Source of the DNA: Planctomycetota bacterium
Lineage (GTDB): Bacteria > Planctomycetota > B15-G4 > JADJEK01
Length of the DNA: 64,000 bases
NCBI GenBank assembly: GCA_044225365.1
Contig: JBGAIQ010000004.1
Location: 1 to 64,000 of the forward strand
Direction of reading: 5' to 3'
Part shown: positions 1 to 8,869 of the stretch, in pieces
Numbering within the stretch: position 1 is the stretch's first letter
Layout: each line of letters opens with the position of its first letter
The notes under the pieces: generated by a model
Told to the model about the DNA's origin: nothing
The model's database searches: none
What the model saw: only the letters and a program-made list of their open reading frames with translations
Made by a program: the position numbers and the translations under genes

Positions 1-1344
1 ATGCGTGTAGATCGCGAACTGCGGAGGGCGTTTCGCGACGAGGTCCTTCAAGAGCGTCTTGTTGACGAGAAGGCCTCCGTCCGGCGGGAGGTGGAAATCC
101 TGGGCGAGCGGAATGCCGAGCAGGTAGAGCGCGAGCGGCGCGACCTCCATCACCTTGCCGACGAACGGCACGGCATCCGAGGATTTGGGATCGAGGATCG
201 CGGCCGACTTGGGCGACTTGATGAAGTCCGGACCGGCGCCGATGAAGACGCCGGGGGGCGCGTCCATGTGATGCCCGGAGAACGGCGAATCGGGCTCTTT
301 CGTCGCGACGGCGTGGAAGCCGTGATCCGAGCACACGATCACGTTCGTCTCGGGCGGCAGCTCGGCGACGATGCGACCGATCTTGGCGTCGAAGTCCTGG
401 TAGTACCGCTCGATCGTGGCGTCGAACAGCGCGAGTTCCTCCGGCGGGATCGTGAACTCGAATTCGCCGGGCGAGCGGAACTTCCAGAAGCGATGGCTCG
501 AGACGTCCGGTCCACCGAGATAGACCATCGTCAGATCCGCAGGCTTCTTCTCGGCCTTCGTCTTCTGCAGCAGATGGATCGCGAGATCGGTGTAGGTCGA
601 GTCCGCGGCCGCCGACCACAGCGCCTGGCCGAAGAGGTCCAAGTCCTTCTTCTCGAGATTCGCACCCTGGACCTTCGGGAAGAGTCGCTCCGCAACGTCC
701 TTCAGTCCCGTGCCCTCCTTCGAGTACTTGTCCGCGACGGGCAACAGTTCCTTCAAGAGTTCGCGCGGCCAGGTCTGGTTCTCGAGGTTCGGGTTGAAGT
801 TGCCCTTCCAGTTCTGATCGTTCTGTCCCGCCGCGCTGTAGGGCGCGACCATGTAGCCATGGATCTCTTCGGCGGGCCACGTCACCCACCAGCCGACGCA
901 GATCGTTTCGAGGTCGTAGTCCGACGCGATGTTCCAAAGTGCTTTGCCGCGCCGAGCATTCGATGTGAATGGCTGGCTCGTGACGGGATCGATGAAGTTA
1001 TTGATCCCATGCTCCTCGAGCGGCTTCCCGGTCGCGATCGAGGTCCAGATGATCGGCGAGAGCGTCGGGATGAACGTCGCGAGCTTCCCGGCGACGCCGC
1101 GCTCGATCAGCGCCTTCAGGTTCGGCATCTTGCCCTGCAGGAGGAGCCCGCGCTCGATCAGCGCCTTCAGGTTCGGCATCTTGCCCTGCAGGAGGAGCGG
1201 TCGCAGCACGCTCCATTCGAGCCCGTCGCCGCCGAGGATCGCGAGGGGATGGTGGGTCGCCGCCTCTTTTCCATCGCTGCAGGCACCGACGAACGCCGCG
1301 CCGAGCAAGGCCGTGAAGGCCCATCGAATCGAACCGCCTCGCAT
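1..1344 (-). CDS. Alkaline phosphatase superfamily / type I phosphodiesterase-nucleotide pyrophosphatase family protein, probable lipoprotein (3' end outside window)
   Basis: Absent from the ORF track because no stop lies in the window. Manual translation from ATG 1344 (overlapping the upstream TGA): MRGGSIRWAFTALLGAAFVGAC..ILGGDGLEW..MPNLKALIERG..PTLSPIIWTSIATGK..HGINNF, the typical family N-terminus. The + ORF 1..1428 is its antisense shadow. Confidence 0.8.
   Translation of the reverse strand, partial: MRGGSIRWAFTALLGAAFVGACSDGKEAATHHPLAILGGDGLEWSVLRPLLLQGKMPNLKALIERGLLLQGKMPNLKALIERGVAGKLATFIPTLSPIIWTSIATGKPLEEHGINNFIDPVTSQPFTSNARRGKALWNIASDYDLETICVGWWVTWPAEEIHGYMVAPYSAAGQNDQNWKGNFNPNLENQTWPRELLKELLPVADKYSKEGTGLKDVAERLFPKVQGANLEKKDLDLFGQALWSAAADSTYTDLAIHLLQKTKAEKKPADLTMVYLGGPDVSSHRFWKFRSPGEFEFTIPPEELALFDATIERYYQDFDAKIGRIVAELPPETNVIVCSDHGFHAVATKEPDSPFSGHHMDAPPGVFIGAGPDFIKSPKSAAILDPKSSDAVPFVGKVMEVAPLALYLLGIPLAQDFHLPPDGGLLVNKTLLKDLVAKRPPQFAIYTH
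1097..1198. repeat. Perfect 51-bp tandem duplication (2 copies), in frame, duplicating LLLQGKMPNLKALIERG
   Basis: ccgcgctcgatcagcgccttcaggttcggcatcttgccctgcaggaggagc at 1097-1147 and 1148-1198. Confidence 0.95.
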
Positions 1345-2309
1345 CACCCACCTCCGGTCGGTTTGTCGCTCGTCTCTCTCGGCCACGGCGCGCCTTGCGC
1401 GATCCATCTTCGGATCAATTCGATCTGATCCTTCGGGAGCGCATCCGATTCGGGCGGCATGCGATCGTCGTCGTCCATCGGCGATTCGATCCTGCGGACG
1501 CAGTCCGATTCATCGGGCTTGCCCGGAACGATGACGGGCTCGAGCTTGCCGCCCGTGATGCCCGCGATGCGCTCGCTCCAGCGATCGAGGCGCAGTTGTC
1601 CCTTCTTCTTCGTCTCGCCATGACACTCGACGCACTTCGCATCGAAGATCGGCTTGATGTCCTTCACGAAATCGACGGGCGGCCCGAGGTCGGCGGGCCG
1701 CGCGGTGAGGATCGGGGTCGGTTGCGGCGCAGTGACAACGGGCGCGCTCGGAGCCTTCTTCTCGAGCGGCTCGAAGAGGAAGCCTTCACCGTAGACGAGC
1801 GTGCCTCCGAGATGACCGCCGATCGAGACCAGCGCGACGCCGATGTAGAGACCGAGGCGCCACAGCCAGAGACCGCCCCGCCCCTCGCTCGTGCGGAACG
1901 CGTAGCCGCCGAGGGCGGCGAGCAGCGCCGCGACGGTCGCGCCGACCTCCAGCCAGCGATGTTGATCGAGCAGGTCTCGGACCGACGCCGAGTGCGGCTC
2001 GAGCGCGCCGTGGAGCCAGCCCGCGATCGACGCGACGACGCCGCCGAGGAGCCCGAACAGGAGCGTCCAGTACGCCGCGTCGCCGCATTCGCCTTCTTTC
2101 CTGCGGAACAGAAGATCGAACACCACCGCGACCGCGAGCAGCGCGATCGGGAAATGGACGAGCAGCGGATGGCTGCGCGCCGTGACTCGCAGCCAGGGCT
2201 TCCACTCGGAAGGGATCTCGAGTTTCGCGAAGGCGTACGCCGCCGCGCCAGCGAGCAGGATCGCAAGGAGAAGGGGCAGCAATTCGAGACGAAGGCGAGG
2301 ACGCGGCAT
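1344..2309 (-). CDS. DUF2231-like membrane protein fused to a planctomycete-type cytochrome c domain
   Basis: HPLLVHFPIALL, several TM helices and GGHLGGTLVYG; Pro-rich linker; VDFVKDIKPIFDAKCVECHG..GQLRLD..IVPGKPDES..RMPP..LIRRWIAQGA. Start placed at MPRPRL. Confidence 0.85.
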   Translation of the reverse strand: MPRPRLRLELLPLLLAILLAGAAAYAFAKLEIPSEWKPWLRVTARSHPLLVHFPIALLAVAVVFDLLFRRKEGECGDAAYWTLLFGLLGGVVASIAGWLHGALEPHSASVRDLLDQHRWLEVGATVAALLAALGGYAFRTSEGRGGLWLWRLGLYIGVALVSIGGHLGGTLVYGEGFLFEPLEKKAPSAPVVTAPQPTPILTARPADLGPPVDFVKDIKPIFDAKCVECHGETKKKGQLRLDRWSERIAGITGGKLEPVIVPGKPDESDCVRRIESPMDDDDRMPPESDALPKDQIELIRRWIAQGAPWPRETSDKPTGGG

Positions 2310-2512
2310 CCGTGGAACTCGCGGGAATCGTGGGACGACGAAGACAACGGGCGGTGCGGGGCTGCCGAGCCGAAACCCGACGCCAGAGCATAACCCGAAA
2401 GAAGAAGCGACGGTGTCGCGGATCACACCGATGCGCGGCGCGATGCAGGGTTCGCGAATGATCGCGATACGATGCATTGTCGCCCGCGATCGCGATTCTC
2501 ACAGGATCCCCC

Positions 2513-3466
2513 ATGCTCCGTCGAACGGTCCTCCTCGTCGTTGCGCTCTCTGCGGCGCTCGCCCCGTCCCTCAGCGCGCGAATCGAAACGAAGTTCTCCA
2601 TCTACACCACGTTCTACCCGACGACCTACTTCGCGAAGCGAATCGCGGGAGAGGTCGCCACCGTGACCTGTCCGCTGCCGCCGGACGCCGATCCCGCGTT
2701 CTGGATCCCCGATCGCGACGCCCTCGCCAAGTATCAGAAGGCGGATCTCATCGTCGTGAACGGCGCGGAGTTCGAGAAATGGGTCGGGCAGGCCACGCTC
2801 TCGGCCTCGCGAACCGTCGATACGTCGAAGCCCTTCGCGAAGGACTTCATCGTCATCGAGAAGGCGCTCACTCACAGCCACGGCAAGGAAGGCCCCCACT
2901 CGCACCAGGGAACCAACGGTCACACCTGGCTCGATCCCGTCAACGCGAAGGCGCAGGCGGGCGAGATCGCGAAGGCCCTCGTGAAGAAACTCGGCGCCAA
3001 GGATCCCGACGCACCAGAGACGAAGGCGCGGATCGCCGCGATCGAGAAGAACGCCGCCGCGCTCGCGAAGGACCTCGACGCGCTCGACGCCTCATGGCGC
3101 GGGCTCGGCAAGCAGAAGGACGGTGAGGTCTTCATCGCGTCGCATCCCGCCTACGACTACCTCTGTCGGCGCTATGGCTGGCGCGTGCAGAGCTTCGGCC
3201 TCGATCCCGAGACGATGCCGACGGAAGAAGAACTCGCTCCGATCCGCGCCGCGATCGCCGCGACTCCAGCCCGCTTCATGCTGTGGGAAGAGACTCCGAA
3301 GGCGGAGATCCGCGACAAGGTGAAGAACGAGCTGCACCTCGACTCGATCACCATCGTTCCCGGCGAGAACCCGAGCGCGGAGGAACTCGCGAAGGGCGTC
3401 GACTTCCTCGCGATCCAGAAGGCGAACGTCGAAGCGCTGCGACCCTGCCTCGAACCCGCGAAGTAG
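2513..3466 (+). CDS. Zn/Mn ABC transporter substrate-binding protein (ZnuA/AdcA family)
   Basis: Signal peptide, TTFYP, His-rich loop HSHGKEGPHSH, HTWLDP, HPAYDYLCRRYG. Confidence 0.85.
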   Translation: MLRRTVLLVVALSAALAPSLSARIETKFSIYTTFYPTTYFAKRIAGEVATVTCPLPPDADPAFWIPDRDALAKYQKADLIVVNGAEFEKWVGQATLSASRTVDTSKPFAKDFIVIEKALTHSHGKEGPHSHQGTNGHTWLDPVNAKAQAGEIAKALVKKLGAKDPDAPETKARIAAIEKNAAALAKDLDALDASWRGLGKQKDGEVFIASHPAYDYLCRRYGWRVQSFGLDPETMPTEEELAPIRAAIAATPARFMLWEETPKAEIRDKVKNELHLDSITIVPGENPSAEELAKGVDFLAIQKANVEALRPCLEPAK

Positions 3467-3610
3467 GTGACGCTCGCTCAGCCCAGTACCGAGATGACGA
3501 CGGCACCCCGCGCGACTTGAACTCGCGCGCATCGCTCCTTCATCGCTCCTTGACGGGCGTTTCCGAGACTCTCCGGAAGCGAATTCTTCCCGACACCTCA
3601 AGGAGCTTGC

Positions 3611-6004
3611 ATGACTCGCGTTCGCATCTCGTCCGCGCTGTGCGTCGGCGCCATCTCCCTCGCGCTCGCCCCGTTCGCGTCCGCGCAGGTCTTCATCAGC
3701 GGCATCTTCATCAATCCTCCGGGCAGCGCAGACAGCACCAAGGAATTCGTCGCGCTCACCGGTACGCCCGGCCGCAAGCTCGACGGCTACGGCTTCGCGC
3801 TGATCTACGGCCGGCAGACGCCGTACTACACGGTCGGGCAGATCCCGCCGCAGCCCGCGGACGAACCCGAGATCGACGAGTTCTTCAGCCTCGACGGATT
3901 GTCCCTCGGCAAGAACGGAATCCTCCTCCTCGGCATCGGCCAGGCGAGCGACTACCCGCTCGTGATCGACACCAACTTCGCAAACTGGAACAACATCTGG
4001 GACGGTCCGCTCGACGTGCCCGGCAAGCTCAACAACGACGGTTCGACCACCGCCATGCTCGTGCGAAATCGTCCGAGCATGACGGAAGCCGATCCGTTCA
4101 ATCCCGCGGGCCCGACCTGGGTGAAGGATGGCTCGGTCGACGCCGAGATCACGTTCAACGTGATGGATCCGTACACGGCGACGATCAGCGACCTCGTGGG
4201 CGACGGCAAGTTCGATCTCGGCGGCACCAACTCGATCGGCACTCCGCTCCTCGACTTGCTGGGTACGACGACCCCCACGATTGCCGACGATCTCGAGGTC
4301 GTCGACGAGGTCAGCTTCGAGGACAGTCACGGCTGGGAATACGACCTCGATGGCCGCAAGGCCGACCTCGGCGCGACGCAGCCCGGATACAACGAACGCA
4401 AGGTCCATCAACTCGGCGATCCGCAGGGTTTCGATCCGGACGTCCTCATCCGCGTCGACTATCGCACGAAGGGCCCCGGATATCCGCCGCAGCCTGGCGC
4501 GACGGGGCAATTGCCGAACGGCAACAACTGGCAGGACACGGCGACCGAGCAGTGGATCCGCGGCGAGTCGATCCAGGCGCTGTCCGGCGGCCTGCCCCCG
4601 TTCCCCGCGTTCTTCCTCGACAACCACGCGAACGTCGACCCGAATGCGCAGATGCCCTACCTGACGTACGTCCCGCGATGGCTGAACGACGGCATCGGCG
4701 TCGATTACTCGTTCGCGCTCCAGTCGTATCAGATCCTCGGCGGCCAGGCCAACGCGCTCGCGATCCCGTTCATCCCGGGTGACGCGGATCGCGACGGCGA
4801 CTGCGACGCCGACGACATCCAGAAGATCGTCGGCCTCTTCGGCACCGATCCCGGCCTGTTCATCAACAGCTATCCGACCGCGCCGCACGGCGACTCCGGC
4901 GATCCCGCGACGCAGACGCGGCCGTGGGACGTCGACGGCAGCGGCGACAACGGCATCGATCCGACCGACCTCGAGTGGGCGCTCGACTTCCAGGGCGACA
5001 CGACGGGTCACGTGCGCGGCGTCACCTACGACGCGACCGGTCCCGCGACGAACGGCGTGTACCTCAACGACGGCTCGAATACGACGCTCGCGGTCGACGC
5101 GCAGGTCGCGATCGCGTGCGCTCCTTCGCAGTCGCAACTGCGGATCAACGACGTCGTCGAAGTCACGGTGCGCGGCCGCATCAGCGCGGGCGCGAACACG
5201 ACTCCGGGTCAGGAGAATGGCATCCAGCAGTTCGTGAACGACCTGCTCTTCTCCGCGCCGGGCGTCCTCAAGGTCGAGTCGATCGAGGCGGCCCTCCCGT
5301 TCAAGATCACGAATCCGTCGGTCATCGACTACGTCACGGGTGGCGCTGCCGGCGCGAATCGGGTGAACGGCTACACGACGAGTTTCACGCAGGGACTCTC
5401 GGGTCCGACGCCGCTCTACAAGGTGAAGCTCCGCGCGGTCGCGGCTGGCACGACGAGCTTCTCGATCAACCAGTCGTTCGATCCGCGCTTCCTCGCGAGC
5501 GCACCGCTCGGGTTGAAGATCGGCCACACGAACAACTTCGGTAACGCGGGCGCGGTCGCTTACCCGTCCGCGCTCTCGTTCACGGTGACGAGCACGATCG
5601 GTGGACTCATCGCAGAGTACGGCACGGGCTGCATCGGCACCGGCGGATTCACGCCGCATCTCGCGGGCTCCGGTTGCGCGACGCCGGGCGGATCGCTCAC
5701 GCTCGACATCACCCAGGGCAAGCCCGGAGCGGTGCCGAACCTGTTCATCGGCCTCGGTAACACATCGGGCGCGCTGAACCCGCATTGCTCGATCCAGATC
5801 CTCCCGATCCTGCCGACGCCGGTCGTGCTCTTCCCCTTGCCCGGAGTCGGGGCGGGGAACGGCTCGCTCTCACTCCCCGGCCTCGTGATTCCGCCGACGG
5901 TCCCGATCGGCATCTCGACCTACCTCCAGATGCTATTCGCGGATCCCGCGGGCTTTGGCGGTATCTCGGGCACGAACCCGCTGAAGATCACCTTCGGATT
6001 CTGA
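3611..6004 (+). CDS. Secreted multidomain protein: lamin-tail-like N-terminus, dockerin-like EF-hand pair, cohesin-like domain, shared C-terminal domain
   Basis: Signal peptide ..FASA/Q; IFINPPG..EFVALTGTPGRKLDGY; GDADRDGDCDADD and WDVDGSGDNGIDPTD; VVEVTV..LLFSAPGVLKVESI..LYKVKLRAVAAGTTSF; YGTGC..NPLKITF tail; RBS aaggag. Confidence 0.75.
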   Translation: MTRVRISSALCVGAISLALAPFASAQVFISGIFINPPGSADSTKEFVALTGTPGRKLDGYGFALIYGRQTPYYTVGQIPPQPADEPEIDEFFSLDGLSLGKNGILLLGIGQASDYPLVIDTNFANWNNIWDGPLDVPGKLNNDGSTTAMLVRNRPSMTEADPFNPAGPTWVKDGSVDAEITFNVMDPYTATISDLVGDGKFDLGGTNSIGTPLLDLLGTTTPTIADDLEVVDEVSFEDSHGWEYDLDGRKADLGATQPGYNERKVHQLGDPQGFDPDVLIRVDYRTKGPGYPPQPGATGQLPNGNNWQDTATEQWIRGESIQALSGGLPPFPAFFLDNHANVDPNAQMPYLTYVPRWLNDGIGVDYSFALQSYQILGGQANALAIPFIPGDADRDGDCDADDIQKIVGLFGTDPGLFINSYPTAPHGDSGDPATQTRPWDVDGSGDNGIDPTDLEWALDFQGDTTGHVRGVTYDATGPATNGVYLNDGSNTTLAVDAQVAIACAPSQSQLRINDVVEVTVRGRISAGANTTPGQENGIQQFVNDLLFSAPGVLKVESIEAALPFKITNPSVIDYVTGGAAGANRVNGYTTSFTQGLSGPTPLYKVKLRAVAAGTTSFSINQSFDPRFLASAPLGLKIGHTNNFGNAGAVAYPSALSFTVTSTIGGLIAEYGTGCIGTGGFTPHLAGSGCATPGGSLTLDITQGKPGAVPNLFIGLGNTSGALNPHCSIQILPILPTPVVLFPLPGVGAGNGSLSLPGLVIPPTVPIGISTYLQMLFADPAGFGGISGTNPLKITFGF

Positions 6005-6024
6005 CCGGTTCGAAGAACGTCTCG

Positions 6025-6070
6025 AACGAACGCGTGCGGTCGCTCACAGGGGCCACACGCGTTCTTGTTT
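6025..6070 (+). terminator. Probable intrinsic terminator
   Basis: gaacgcgtg...cacgcgttc stem followed by ttgttt, just after the 6004 stop. Confidence 0.55.
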
Positions 6071-6103
6071 GCACTCCGGCATCGGGATCGAAACGATGGA
6101 GGC

Positions 6104-7030
6104 ATGAAGAAGCTCGTCGCGCTCATCTCGTCCGTCGTGCTCGCCACGCTCGCTGCCTGCAGCTCCTCGCAAACGGCGCCGCTCGTCCTCGAAACCGATT
6201 TCGGCGTCGTCGACGGCGCCGTCGCCGCGATGAAGGGCGTCGCGCTCTCGATCGATCCAAAGCTCGTGATCCACGACCTCACGCACGAGATCGAGCCCTT
6301 CAACATTTGGGAAGGCGCGTATCGCCTCGCGCAGGCGGCGCCCTTCTGGCTGAAGGACACCGTGATCGTGGCCGTCGTCGATCCCGGCGTCGGCACGTCG
6401 CGCAGCCCGATCGTCGTCCGCACGAAGTCGGGTCACCTCTTCGTCGGTCCGGACAACGGCCTCTTCACGCTCGTCGGCCGCGACCTCGGCATCGACGAGA
6501 TCCGGCGCATCGACGAACACACGCAGCTTCGTCCTGGTTCGGAGGAATCGCACACCTTCCACGGCCGCGATCTCTTCGTCTACGTCGGCGCGCGTCTCGC
6601 GAGCGGTCGGCTCGAGTTCGAGGACGTGGGCCCGCGCACCGACGAATGGGTGAAGCTCGATGTCCCCGCGCCGCGCCTCGAGACCGGGCCTTCCGGCCAT
6701 CCGATGCTCTGCGGCATCGTCACCGTGCTCGACGCGCGCTTCGGCAACGTGTGGACCAATCTCGACGAGCCGAGCGTGAAACGCCTCGGCGCCGCGCCCG
6801 GCTCCATGCTCGTGGTGCGCATCCGCAACCGCGAAGGCGTGATGTACGACGGCCGCATGCCGATGACGAACACGTTCGGCGACGTCGGTGAAGGCTTGCC
6901 GCTCGCCTACCTCAACAGCAACCTCGAACTCGCGTTCGCACTGAACCTCGGGAACTTCGCCCACGAATTCGCGATCGGCACCGGCCCGGAGTGGGCCGTT
7001 GAAATCGAACTCGCCACCGACGCTCCATGA
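6104..7030 (+). CDS. SAM hydroxide adenosyltransferase / SAM-dependent halogenase family (DUF62), lipoprotein
   Basis: TDFG, VVDPGVG, GPDNG, TFHGRDLF, DARFGNVWTN, YLNS; MKK..LAAC lipobox; RBS ggagg. Confidence 0.88.
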   Translation: MKKLVALISSVVLATLAACSSSQTAPLVLETDFGVVDGAVAAMKGVALSIDPKLVIHDLTHEIEPFNIWEGAYRLAQAAPFWLKDTVIVAVVDPGVGTSRSPIVVRTKSGHLFVGPDNGLFTLVGRDLGIDEIRRIDEHTQLRPGSEESHTFHGRDLFVYVGARLASGRLEFEDVGPRTDEWVKLDVPAPRLETGPSGHPMLCGIVTVLDARFGNVWTNLDEPSVKRLGAAPGSMLVVRIRNREGVMYDGRMPMTNTFGDVGEGLPLAYLNSNLELAFALNLGNFAHEFAIGTGPEWAVEIELATDAP

Positions 7031-7072
7031 AGCGCGGATGAAATCCCGGCACGTGCGATTACACTGCCGCCC

Positions 7073-8602
7073 ATGAGCCAGATCCTTCGCCGTACGTTCC
7101 TCGCGTCCATTCTCGGTGTCGTCGGTTTCGCGCTCCTGCCCGCGCACGCGGCGGCCGCGGGTGAGAAGCAACCTGCGCACTTCGCGTTCAAGGTCTCGTT
7201 CGCGAAGGAAGCGCTCGCCGAGCACTTCACCGGGCGCGTCGTCGTCTTCACCGATCGTTCCGCGCGCGGCAATCCCATGGACGGACCGAATTGGTTCGCG
7301 CCCGAGCCGATGTTCGCCGCGGACTTCAAGGACATCGCTCCCGGCGATTCCATGGTGATCGACGCGAGCAACTGGATCTCGTTCCCCCACGACTCGAGCG
7401 CGATCACGAAGGGTGAGTATCGAATCCAGGCCGTGATCGACCGCAACCTCGGCGGCCGTTCGATCGGCGACACTCCGGGCAACCTTTACAGCGAACCGAA
7501 GAAGGTCGCGCTCGATCCCGCCGATGCCAGCAAGCCGATCGAGATCGTGTGCGACAAGACGATCGCGCGCCGACCGTTCAAGGACAACGACCGCGTGAAG
7601 GAGCTGCGCGTCGAGTCGAAGCTGCTCTCCGATTTCTATGGCCGCAAGACGACGATCAACGGCGCGGTCTGCCTTCCCGAGGAGTGGGCGAAGGAGCCGA
7701 ACCGCAAGTTCCCCGTCTACTACTCGGTGCCCGGATTCGGCGGCACTCACGAAGGCGCGGCGCGATCGAAGAATCCTCCGGGAACGAAGCGCGCAGGCGA
7801 GCCGTTCATCAACGTCGCGCTCGACCCGTCGTGCCCTGGCGGACACAGCGTGTTCGCGGACAGCGCGAACAACGGCCCGTGGGGCAAGGCGCTGACGGAA
7901 GAGTTCATCCCGGCCTGCGAGAGTCGATTCCGTGGCATCGGCAAGCCGGAGGCCCGCTTCGTCGGCGGGCACAGCAGCGGCGGCTGGTCGAGTCTGTGGC
8001 TGCAGGTCGCGTACCCCGACGTCTTCGGCGGTTGCTGGTCGACCTCGCCCGATCCCGTCGACTTCCGCGACTTCCAGCGCATCGACATCTATGCCGACGG
8101 CGAGAACATGTTCGTCGATCACGATGGACACGATCGTCCACTCGCGCGCCAGGGCGATCAAGTCCTCGTGCTGTACCGCGCGTTCTCCGACATGGAGCGC
8201 CCACTGCGCGGAGAACAGCTCGGATCCTTCGAAGAAGTGTTCAGCCCGAGAGGCAAGGACGGCAAGTCGCTGAAGCTGTGGAACCGCGATACCGGCGCGA
8301 TCGACAAGGCCGTCGCGGAAGCTTGGAAGCCGTACGACATCGGCCTCACCCTGCGCACGCACTGGACCGATCTCGCGCCCAAGCTCGCCGGCAAGATCCA
8401 CGTCTACATGGGGACCGAGGACACGTTCTACCTCGAGGGCGCCGTCAAGCTTCTGAAGCACGACCTCGAAGCGATCAAGGCCGATGCCGTCGTCGAGCTG
8501 GTCCCCGGCGATCACGGCACGATGATGACCCGCGAGCTGCGAGAGCGCATCGACACCGAGATGGCCGCGCAGTTCAAGAAGCACGCAGAACAGGGTCGGT
8601 AA
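7073..8602 (+). CDS. Exported alpha/beta-hydrolase (esterase family)
   Basis: Tat-like signal LRRTFL, nucleophile elbow GHSSGG, GTED and GDH as candidate acid and His. Confidence 0.8.
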   Translation: MSQILRRTFLASILGVVGFALLPAHAAAAGEKQPAHFAFKVSFAKEALAEHFTGRVVVFTDRSARGNPMDGPNWFAPEPMFAADFKDIAPGDSMVIDASNWISFPHDSSAITKGEYRIQAVIDRNLGGRSIGDTPGNLYSEPKKVALDPADASKPIEIVCDKTIARRPFKDNDRVKELRVESKLLSDFYGRKTTINGAVCLPEEWAKEPNRKFPVYYSVPGFGGTHEGAARSKNPPGTKRAGEPFINVALDPSCPGGHSVFADSANNGPWGKALTEEFIPACESRFRGIGKPEARFVGGHSSGGWSSLWLQVAYPDVFGGCWSTSPDPVDFRDFQRIDIYADGENMFVDHDGHDRPLARQGDQVLVLYRAFSDMERPLRGEQLGSFEEVFSPRGKDGKSLKLWNRDTGAIDKAVAEAWKPYDIGLTLRTHWTDLAPKLAGKIHVYMGTEDTFYLEGAVKLLKHDLEAIKADAVVELVPGDHGTMMTRELRERIDTEMAAQFKKHAEQGR

Positions 8603-8613
8603 CACCGAGAGAT

Positions 8614-8645
8614 GAAGAAGGGGGCTTCGCTCGAGCGAAGCCCCC
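8614..8645 (-). terminator. Intrinsic terminator (perfect 26-bp palindrome), probably bidirectional
   Basis: gggggcttcgc-tcga-gcgaagccccc at 8620-8645, with ttcttc following on the minus strand; lies between convergent genes. Confidence 0.7.
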
Positions 8646-8869
8646 GTGCCTCGTGAGGCGTTTGCGGTTTTTGCCGAGCAGTGCGGCGCCTTCGCCGAAT
8701 CGGCGGTGTTCGTCGGGACGAGTCGCTGGCGAGGAGAACGATTCAGGCGTGGTTGGTGACGGTGTGACGTGGAGTGACCGCGCGGATCTCCCGCGCGGCG
8801 TATCCGATCGGCCCATCGATCCGACGAACGAACCGAGCGACATTGGATCCGCGGTCGTTCAACGCGCGA

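Noticed and set aside
1-1428. 475-aa plus-strand ORF and similar long ORFs (3092..5785, 6044..8605, 11753..14728, 21007..23430, 47756..50272)
   Set aside because: Arg/Val-rich antisense shadows of motif-bearing genes, expected in high-GC DNA with strong codon bias.
2440-2505. Zur/Fur box upstream of the ZnuA-like gene
   Set aside because: Only weak imperfect inverted repeats in a background rich in CGATCG palindromes.
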